The position numbers and the translations under genes were made by a program. From Escherichia coli (GTDB taxonomy: Bacteria > Pseudomonadota > Gammaproteobacteria > Enterobacterales > Enterobacteriaceae): a stretch of 64,000 nucleotides of DNA. The DNA lies in NCBI RefSeq assembly GCF_013122565.1, contig NZ_CP053258.1. One strand, written 5' to 3'. Position 1 is the stretch's first letter. Each line of letters opens with the position of its first letter. The notes beneath the pieces are model-generated. The model made no database searches, was not told where the DNA came from, and saw only the letters and a list, made by a program, of their open reading frames with translations. This document shows positions 56,868-64,000 of the stretch, one piece after another.

Positions 56868-59004
56868 GATGCTGGCTTATCAGATTCAGTACGTCGCGCA
56901 CGCTGTCGAGCATAGGTGTACCTGGACCATAAATCGCCGCCACGCCGCGCTCTTGCAGGAAGGCGTAATCCTGCGGCGGAATGACGCCACCCGCGACCAC
57001 GCAGATATCTTCGCGTCCCCATTTTTTCAGCGCTTCGACCAGTTCCGGGATCAGCGTTTTATGACCGGCAGCCAGTGAGGATGCGCCCACTACGTGAACG
57101 TCGTTTTCTACGGCCAGGCGGGCGATCTCTTCAGGTGTAGAGAACATCGGGCTTAAATCTACGTCGAAACCGAGATCGGAATAGGCGCTGGCGATCACTT
57201 TCGCGCCGCGATCGTGCCCATCCTGGCCCATTTTAGCGATCAGAATGCGCGGGCGACGACCATTGTCGGCAAGGAACTGCTCCGTTTGCGCAACAATGGC
57301 ATCGAACTCGGAGGCCGATTTCTCAGACTGATGATAGCTTTGCGCAATCACGCCGGTAACACACTGGCTTGGCACCAGATAACGGTCGAAAGCGGCTTCC
57401 AGCGCATCGGAAATTTCACCCAGGGTGGCGCGAACGCGAGCGGCATTAACAGCGGCAGCCAGCAGGTTTTCGTTATGCTGTGCGGCGTGAGTCAGGGCGT
57501 TCAACGCGGCGGTTACGGCGGCATCATCACGGGTGGCGCGAATGCGTTCCAGCGAAGCAATTTGCTCGTTACGCACCATCACGTTGTCGATCTCAAGTAC
57601 ATCGGTTTCGTCTTCGTGATCCAGTTTGTACTTGTTGACACCAACGATGACACGCTTGCCCTGGTCGATCAGCGACTGTTCGCGCGCTGAGGCCTCTTCG
57701 ATCATTCGTTTTGGCAGACCTGCTTCGATCGCTTTCGCCATGCCACCGGCTTCGTCGATCTGTTGGATAATAGCTCTGGCTTGTTTGACGATTTGATCGG
57801 TCAGCGACTCAATGTAATAGGATCCGGCCAGTGGATCGACGGTGCGGCAGAGTTCTGATTCTTCCTGGATGATGATCTGGGTGTTGCGGGCAATGCGTGC
57901 TGAGAAATCGGTAGGCAAACCAAGCGCTTCGTCAAAGGCGTTGGTATGCAGTGACTGAGTACCGCCCAGCGTCGCAGCCAGTGCTTCAATGGTGGTGCGG
58001 ATAACGTTGTTATACGGATCCTGTTCAGTCAGGCTCCAGCCTGAGGTCTGGCAGTGGGTACGCAGCGCCAGTGATTTCGGATCCTGTGCGCCAAATCCAC
58101 TGACCGCTTCGCTCCATAAATAACGTGCCGCACGCAACATGGCGACGTTCATAAACAGATCCATGCCGATGCCGAAGAAGAACGACAGGCGAGGAGCGAA
58201 GTCATCAATTTTCAGTCCGGCAGAGATTGCTGCTTTGATGTACTCAATCCCATCGGCGAGCGTAAATGCTACCTGCTGCACGCAGTTGGCACCCGCTTCA
58301 CCCATGTGGTAACCGCTGATACTGATGGTATTAAATCGCGGCATGTTGCCGGAACACCAGGCGATGATGTCGGCGATAATGCGCATTGACGGTTTTGGCG
58401 GGTAAATATAGGTGTTGCGGCAAAGATACTCTTTGAGGATATCGTTCTGAATGGTGCCGGTCAGTTTATCAGGTGTAACACCTTGCTCTTCTGCGGCGAC
58501 GATATAAAACGCCAGTACTGGTAGCACTGCGCCATTCATGGTCATCGAAACCGACATTTTATCCAGCGGGATCTGGTCGAACAGGACTTTCATATCTTCC
58601 ACGGTGTCGATAGCGACGCCCGCTTTGCCTACGTCGCCCGCCACTCGTGGGTTATCGGAGTCGTAGCCTCGGTGGGTGGCAAGGTCAAACGCAACGGAAA
58701 GACCTTTTTGCCCGGCGGCCAGGTTACGGCGATAAAAAGCGTTGGACTCTTTTGCTGTCGAGAAACCAGCATACTGACGGATGGTCCACGGTTGGGCGGT
58801 ATACATAGTGGCACGCGGGCCACGAACGTAGGGCGGCAAACCAGGAAGGGTACCTGTCACCTCCAGATTATCGAGATCGGCTTCGGTATACAGCGGCTTG
58901 ATGGCGATCCCTTCCGCGGTTTGCTGAACCAGCGAGTCGACAGTTTTCTCCCGACGGCTCAATTCCTTGTTGGCAAGCTGTTGCCACTCCTGCACGTTAG
59001 ACAT
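56860..59004 (-). CDS. scpA: Methylmalonyl-CoA mutase (sleeping beauty mutase)
   Basis: ORF 56860..59025 trimmed to [16 protein letters not shown] (714 aa); C-terminal B12-binding domain. Confidence 0.9.
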   Translation of the reverse strand: MSNVQEWQQLANKELSRREKTVDSLVQQTAEGIAIKPLYTEADLDNLEVTGTLPGLPPYVRGPRATMYTAQPWTIRQYAGFSTAKESNAFYRRNLAAGQKGLSVAFDLATHRGYDSDNPRVAGDVGKAGVAIDTVEDMKVLFDQIPLDKMSVSMTMNGAVLPVLAFYIVAAEEQGVTPDKLTGTIQNDILKEYLCRNTYIYPPKPSMRIIADIIAWCSGNMPRFNTISISGYHMGEAGANCVQQVAFTLADGIEYIKAAISAGLKIDDFAPRLSFFFGIGMDLFMNVAMLRAARYLWSEAVSGFGAQDPKSLALRTHCQTSGWSLTEQDPYNNVIRTTIEALAATLGGTQSLHTNAFDEALGLPTDFSARIARNTQIIIQEESELCRTVDPLAGSYYIESLTDQIVKQARAIIQQIDEAGGMAKAIEAGLPKRMIEEASAREQSLIDQGKRVIVGVNKYKLDHEDETDVLEIDNVMVRNEQIASLERIRATRDDAAVTAALNALTHAAQHNENLLAAAVNAARVRATLGEISDALEAAFDRYLVPSQCVTGVIAQSYHQSEKSASEFDAIVAQTEQFLADNGRRPRILIAKMGQDGHDRGAKVIASAYSDLGFDVDLSPMFSTPEEIARLAVENDVHVVGASSLAAGHKTLIPELVEALKKWGREDICVVAGGVIPPQDYAFLQERGVAAIYGPGTPMLDSVRDVLNLISQHHD

Positions 59005-59207
59005 TATTTGCTCCGTAAAACGCAATCAAAATGAGGGTATTTGCGCCTACGGTGAGCTTTTTACGTGGGTTTGTCGCCAGCAAAAAAAATGCATTCAGAC
59101 GTCGTTTTTTGCCGCCTGAGATTTGTCTATTTTGTGATGTGATTCAAGGAATATAAAAAGAAGTGAGGATAACGCCTGATATGTGCTATCAGGCATTATT
59201 TGATGGA

Positions 59208-60101
59208 TTAATCCTGACGAAGGACTTTGTGACCATAATCGAGTAACGCATCAGTGACTTTACGCATCATGCGGCTTTCAGGAGCAAAGCGGTGCCAGTA
59301 GAGCATCCGTCGTTGAAATAGCCCAGGCGTTAAGTCAATCAGTTCGCCGCTGGCCAGCTCTTTCTCTATTTGCAGGTGCGGAATCATACAGCAGGTGGTG
59401 CCCTGGCGAGCAAGTTGCACGAACGCTTCTGAAGAATTAACGATATGGCAGGGTACGCTGCCAGGAGGCAGATCGAAGTTTTGCTGCAAAAAGGCCTGGT
59501 GCATATCGTCAAGATGGTCAAACGCGACCACTGGCGCTTTTAATAATGCCGAACGCGTTACGCCGTTAGGGAAATATTTTTCGGCAAACGGTTTTGAGCT
59601 GACGAACAGATAGTCGAGCGCACCAAGTTTATCGACAAGACAACTCGGCAGCGCCTGATGTTGAATACTCACCGCGCCGACCACTTCGCCGCGACGCAGA
59701 CGTTCCTGAGTGCGGGTTTCATCTTCTACCTGCAAGTTGAGGCGGATAGGCGAGTCAGCCAACACAGGAGCCAGTGCCGGAAGCAACCACGTCGCCAGAC
59801 TGTCGGCGTTGACCGCCAGTGAAAGCAGCAGCGGAGTCGAACCGGTTTGTTCATCACCCAGCCACTCTTCTTCCAGCAACTCCACCTGGCGCAGCAGTGC
59901 CAGCAGTTTTTGCCCTTGTTCCGTCGGGCGCGGCGGTACGGTACGCACCAACAGCGGCTGCCCGAACATATTTTCCAGTTGCTTAATGCGCTGTGAGACG
60001 GCTGATTGTGTAATGCACAGCTTTTGTGCCGCGCGCTCAAATCCTCGTTCACGTATCACCGCATCCAGTGCCTGTAATGTTCTGTAGTCCGGGCGTTTCA
60101 T
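59208..60101 (-). CDS. argP: LysR-family regulator ArgP (IciA)
   Basis: 297-aa [43 protein letters not shown]... Confidence 0.9.
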
Positions 60102-60170
60102 TGCTGTTGTCTGCTCCTGGTAAATGCTTTTTCCGCACTATGACACAATTTTGCGTTGGGTACAGAGCAT

Positions 60171-61496
60171 TTAACGCATACAAAAGCGGTCGTAATGGAA
60201 GTTTTGGCTGGCAATCCCATTTTCATATAACCCTTTGCTGAGCGCTTTGGCAAAACTCTGTGGGCCGCAAAACCAGAAATGGGTGTCACCTTTATTTGCT
60301 ATTTTATCAGCAAGATAGTGCGACTGTAGGCGCTCACCTTTATGCGCATCAAGCAGATGCAGTGTGACACTGGCCAGGGCACAAAGTGAGGTAAGTTTAT
60401 CAACATACCATGCATCCTCGCTTCGGCTGACGCAATACCAGAGATCCACAGGAACACGGGACGCGCCATGCTGGTTCAGATACTCAAGCTGGGCGATAAA
60501 GGGGGTAATGCCGATGCCTCCAGCTATCCATACCTGGCGGGAGCAAGGGAGAGTAAAATCAAACTTTCCCCATGGCCCTTCAACGATGGCGGACTGGCCG
60601 ATTTTTATCGAGGATGCAAGGGTAGAGGTATAATCCCCTAAATTTTTGATGGCAAAGCGCAACGTGTTCTTCTCTATTGCATATGAAGCGATAGTAAAAG
60701 GGTGAGATTCTTTACTGTGTGCGAACGTTAAGAATGCAAACTGACCCGGAGAATAGTCGATGGCATGTTCCAGCTCCAGTATGACTTCGGTAATTTGTCC
60801 CGGATGGTTAACAATACTTTTAATGGTGGCCTGATGCTTGTTTTTATTACCGTTTAATTTCAGCAGCGAAATGAAAGCCGCAAAGACGCCTGGGATGGTA
60901 ATTAAAATTAATAAATACGCCGCAGGAGTTTCCCACCAATATGATTTAAACAAAGCAGTAAACACATGAAAGGCAATTGCCAGATAAAAAACAGGGAACA
61001 AACGGTGAACAAGATGAAATAAATGATAGGGAACCTTTTTGCTTAGAGACACGAAAACCATCGCTATCATAATAAACATTGCACATTCACCCGCTAACAG
61101 TCCCGCATGAAGCCAATTTTCTTGTACTGGCGTCAGGTTAATATCAACGATTTTACCAGGGTGAGTAAGCCAGCAAAAGGCGACGAATAACTGGGGTAAT
61201 TTTTCATCCAGCCAGTGGGTGAAAGCAAAAGCTATGGCGCATATTCCTGCCCACTTATGTAATCGCCACGCTTTATCCAGACCGCCCAGCACTTTGTTAA
61301 ACCATGATGAACGCAGCGATAAACACATCGTCAGCGTCATCAGACACCACGCAAGGGTTCCCGTAAAAAAGAGTATGTTTTGTCGAAGGAACCATATTAG
61401 CGCGATTGGCTTTTCACGAAAAATATCACCGGACGACAAAAAAATAAGGCATGTGACAAAGCAAACCAATGTACCTGTAAGATTAGCTTTTTTCAT
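60171..61496 (-). CDS. NOX/FRE-family membrane flavocytochrome-like protein: ferric-reductase TM domain plus FAD- and NAD-binding domains (accessory)
   Basis: 441-aa ORF with N-terminal TM helices carrying spaced histidines (HKWAGICAIAFAFTHW ... HLFHLVH ... HVF), then HPFTIAS (FAD-binding-type) and GGIGITPF (NAD(P)-binding-type) motifs. Distinctly AT-rich by eye. Confidence 0.55.
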   Translation of the reverse strand: MKKANLTGTLVCFVTCLIFLSSGDIFREKPIALIWFLRQNILFFTGTLAWCLMTLTMCLSLRSSWFNKVLGGLDKAWRLHKWAGICAIAFAFTHWLDEKLPQLFVAFCWLTHPGKIVDINLTPVQENWLHAGLLAGECAMFIMIAMVFVSLSKKVPYHLFHLVHRLFPVFYLAIAFHVFTALFKSYWWETPAAYLLILITIPGVFAAFISLLKLNGNKNKHQATIKSIVNHPGQITEVILELEHAIDYSPGQFAFLTFAHSKESHPFTIASYAIEKNTLRFAIKNLGDYTSTLASSIKIGQSAIVEGPWGKFDFTLPCSRQVWIAGGIGITPFIAQLEYLNQHGASRVPVDLWYCVSRSEDAWYVDKLTSLCALASVTLHLLDAHKGERLQSHYLADKIANKGDTHFWFCGPQSFAKALSKGLYENGIASQNFHYDRFCMR

Positions 61497-61557
61497 TTTT
61501 TATTTCATTTTGGCAGAGGAGCATAGAATAGTTCCATGCTCCCGTTAAACAGGGTGA

Positions 61558-61818
61558 TTATTTATAGAAAATTACAGTGGCGTGGATATAATTTTTACCG
61601 GAGAAAGAACTGATGTAGTAATTACTGGCTTGCAATTCTTCCGCTTTCTCTTTGATTTGACTTTCAACGCCCGCTGGATTGCTATTGTGTGTGGAAATAC
61701 TCACTTTTGATATCTGTTCAAGATTATTGTCCGGTTTTTGTATCTCGGTTGCTGCAAATACGTGTCCTGTGAGAGTGCAAAGAAATAACGCGGCAAATAA
61801 ATTTTGCTTAATAGACAT
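61558..61818 (-). CDS. Small secreted YhcN/BhsA-family (DUF1471) protein
   Basis: 86-aa ORF with a signal peptide (LFAALFLCTLTGHVFA) and a C-terminus ending ...ATVIFYK, typical of BhsA/YdgH-like proteins. Confidence 0.5.
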   Translation of the reverse strand: MSIKQNLFAALFLCTLTGHVFAATEIQKPDNNLEQISKVSISTHNSNPAGVESQIKEKAEELQASNYYISSFSGKNYIHATVIFYK

Positions 61819-61834
61819 AATAACTCCTTTTATA

Positions 61835-62464
61835 TTAAAGAAAATGATTAAATACTTGTGTAATAAGATCAGGGATTTGCGCTAATGCATTTTGCTCGGC
61901 GAGTTCGCGTCCCGGTTGGGTTTTGTCGACGCCTTCCGCACGTAAAATATGTGTATTGGTAATGCCCATTAATTTCAGCGTGGCTTGCAGGTAACTTTCC
62001 TGATGATCCAGCGCCAGATGTGCTTTATCGCAATAGATACCGCCGCGCGTCGAGACAATAAACGTCGGTTTATCCGTCAGTAACCCAACGGCACCAGCGG
62101 AAGTAAAACGAAACGTTAAACCAGCCTGACAGACCTGATCTATCCAGGTTTTGAGGCCAGATGAAACGCTGTGATTAATCATCGGCGCGCCAATAATGAG
62201 CACATCGCACGATGCCAGTTCTTCAATAGCGGCGTGAATCCCATTCACCTCCTGCTGAATTTGTGCGTTCTCGCACTCCGCTTTACCGCAAAGCGCCAGA
62301 AAGGTTTCTTCACGCAAATGGGGCGGCGGCGTCAGGCCGACGTCGCGATGAATAATTGTGGCTTGCGGAAAGTGTTGGCAAAGCGCTTCTACCAGCGCCT
62401 GGCTTAATTTCCGCGAACTTGAATGCTTAAGCATTGGGCTGCTGTCGATATGGAGAATTTTCAT
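61835..62464 (-). CDS. FMN-dependent NADH-azoreductase-like flavoprotein (AzoR family)
   Basis: 209-aa ORF; MKILHIDSSP and the overall layout resemble AzoR/ACP-phosphodiesterase-family flavodoxin-like proteins. Confidence 0.6.
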   Translation of the reverse strand: MKILHIDSSPMLKHSSSRKLSQALVEALCQHFPQATIIHRDVGLTPPPHLREETFLALCGKAECENAQIQQEVNGIHAAIEELASCDVLIIGAPMINHSVSSGLKTWIDQVCQAGLTFRFTSAGAVGLLTDKPTFIVSTRGGIYCDKAHLALDHQESYLQATLKLMGITNTHILRAEGVDKTQPGRELAEQNALAQIPDLITQVFNHFL

Positions 62465-62564
62465 GGGCTTGCTCTCGTTTCTGCGATGAGAGAAGTTTAA
62501 CTGTTGTTGATATGGTGATTAAATAGACATAATTGAACTTCATTGTTGTGAAAATAGAACAATC

Positions 62565-63461
62565 ATGATCGACTGGAATGATTACTACTACTTTGCCCTG
62601 ATTGCCGATGAAGGCAGCTACAGCCAGGCGGCGCTGCGTGCGGGCGTGTCGAAATCGGTATTAAGCCGACGAATGGCTGCGCTGGAGGAGCGCCTTGGCG
62701 TACGGCTTATTCAGCGAACTACGCGGCGTCTGGCCCTGACGGCGGAAGGCGAACAGTTTGCCGTCGAATGTCGGGCGCTGGTGGCGCAGGGGGAACGGGC
62801 CAGAGCGGTGGTGATGGCCGCCCAGGAAAGCCCACAGGGAATGCTGCGCGTCAGCGCACCGGTATTTATGGCTGAAACATGGTTTGGTGAGTTTGTCAGT
62901 GAGTTTATCGCCCGCTGGCCCCTGGCGAAGGTGCAACTGCTGGCAATTAATCGCCCGGTGGATATGGTCGCTGAAGGCATTGATATTGCGCTGGTTACGG
63001 CTTCCGGCGCGCTTGCGGACTCGACGCTGCATTATAAAAAATTACATACCCAGGCCGATATTTTAGTTGCCAGTTCGCAGTGGCTGGCCCGCCATCCGCA
63101 GGTGAAGGTCATTGACGATCTTAACCGCGTTGACGGGATCCTCCGCCTGACGAACAATGGCGGGAGCCAGTGGCAGTTAATTAATGGCGAACAGGAGATT
63201 ACGCTGCAACCCGAGGCTCGTTTGCAGACGAATAACATTCGCGTCATGTTGCAGGCAGTGCTTGGTGGGAATGGCGTGGCGTTATTGCCTCAATTTGCCT
63301 GTAAACAGGGGCTTGCGAACGGTGAATTGGTGCGCCTGTTTGCACCGTGGAGCGGCATACCCAGACCGTTGTATGCTTTATTTGCGGGGCGAAAGGGGAT
63401 GCCCGCCATTGCGCGATATTTTATGGATGAGTTATCTGTACGGCTTGCCAACGGGGTCTGA
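62565..63461 (+). CDS. LysR-family transcriptional regulator, divergent from the AzoR-like gene
   Basis: 298-aa ORF with an N-terminal HTH (YSQAALRAGVSKSVLSRRMAALE). I recall K-12 carrying only a LysR pseudogene fragment (yqfE) at this position. Confidence 0.65.
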   Translation: MIDWNDYYYFALIADEGSYSQAALRAGVSKSVLSRRMAALEERLGVRLIQRTTRRLALTAEGEQFAVECRALVAQGERARAVVMAAQESPQGMLRVSAPVFMAETWFGEFVSEFIARWPLAKVQLLAINRPVDMVAEGIDIALVTASGALADSTLHYKKLHTQADILVASSQWLARHPQVKVIDDLNRVDGILRLTNNGGSQWQLINGEQEITLQPEARLQTNNIRVMLQAVLGGNGVALLPQFACKQGLANGELVRLFAPWSGIPRPLYALFAGRKGMPAIARYFMDELSVRLANGV

Positions 63462-63476
63462 CTCGCTTTTTTTGTA

Positions 63477-63605
63477 TATACTCGTCATACTTCAAGTAGC
63501 ATGTGCTGCGTCTGCGTTCGCTCACCCCAGTCACTTACTTCTGTAAGCTCCTGGGGATTCACTCTCTTGTCGCCTTCCTGCAACTCGAATTATTTAGAGT
63601 ATAAT
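63477..63605. repeat. ERIC (IRU) element, inverted relative to the copy at 48622..48748
   Basis: Its reverse complement matches 48622..48748 almost base for base, including the GTGAATCCCCAGGAGCTTACA core. Confidence 0.7.
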
Positions 63606-63639
63606 GCGTCTGAAATTTCATACCACAGGCGAAACGATC

Positions 63640-64000
63640 ATGACGCAGGATGAATTGAAAAAAGCAGTAGGATGGGCGGCACTTCAATATGTTCAGCCCG
63701 GCACCATTGTTGGCGTAGGTACAGGTTCTACCGCCGCACACTTTATTGACGCGCTCGGCACGATGAAAGGCCAGATTGAAGGGGCGGTTTCCAGTTCGGA
63801 CGCTTCCACTGAAAAACTGAAAAGCCTCGGCATTCACGTTTTTGATCTCAATGAAGTAGACAGCCTTGGCATCTACGTCGACGGCGCAGATGAAATCAAT
63901 GGTCACATGCAGATGATCAAAGGCGGCGGCGCGGCGCTGACCCGTGAAAAAATCATTGCTTCGGTTGCAGAAAAATTTATCTGTATTGCAGACGCTTCCA
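63640..64000 (+). CDS. rpiA: Ribose-5-phosphate isomerase A (5' part; 3' end outside the window)
   Basis: Translation from the ATG at 63640 gives [40 protein letters not shown]... and runs to the window edge; not in the ORF track because it has no stop in the window. Confidence 0.85.

Overview
This window is an Escherichia coli-type chromosomal segment that I recognise as syntenic with the K-12 pheV–speC–mutY–ansB–gshB–galP–metK–speAB–tktA–cmtBA–epd-pgk-fbaA–mscS–sbm operon–argP–rpiA region, in reverse orientation. Most genes are conserved core genes, and I refined their starts by comparing the supplied ORF translations with the K-12 proteins as I remember them. Six blocks have no counterpart in my recollection of K-12 and look like accessory insertions: (1) the 3' end of a Wadjet-like operon (JetC fragment plus JetD) next to tRNA-Phe; (2) a lipoprotein gene between speA and speB; (3) a 520-aa lipoprotein/membrane protein with a possible DUF1266-like C-terminus between speB and loiP; (4) a stand-alone SPFH/band-7 gene next to a tandem REP duplication between tktA and cmtB; (5) a five-gene minus-strand operon (DUF296/PPC protein, ECF-type S and T components, two ABC ATPases) between yggC and epd; (6) a LysR regulator divergent from an AzoR-like, BhsA-like and NOX/ferric-reductase-like gene set between argP and rpiA. 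If the window holds an undescribed system, the DUF296–ECF operon and the two lipoprotein genes flanking speB are my leading candidates. All family assignments are from reading motifs by eye; no database search or computation was run, and K-12 spacings are from memory.
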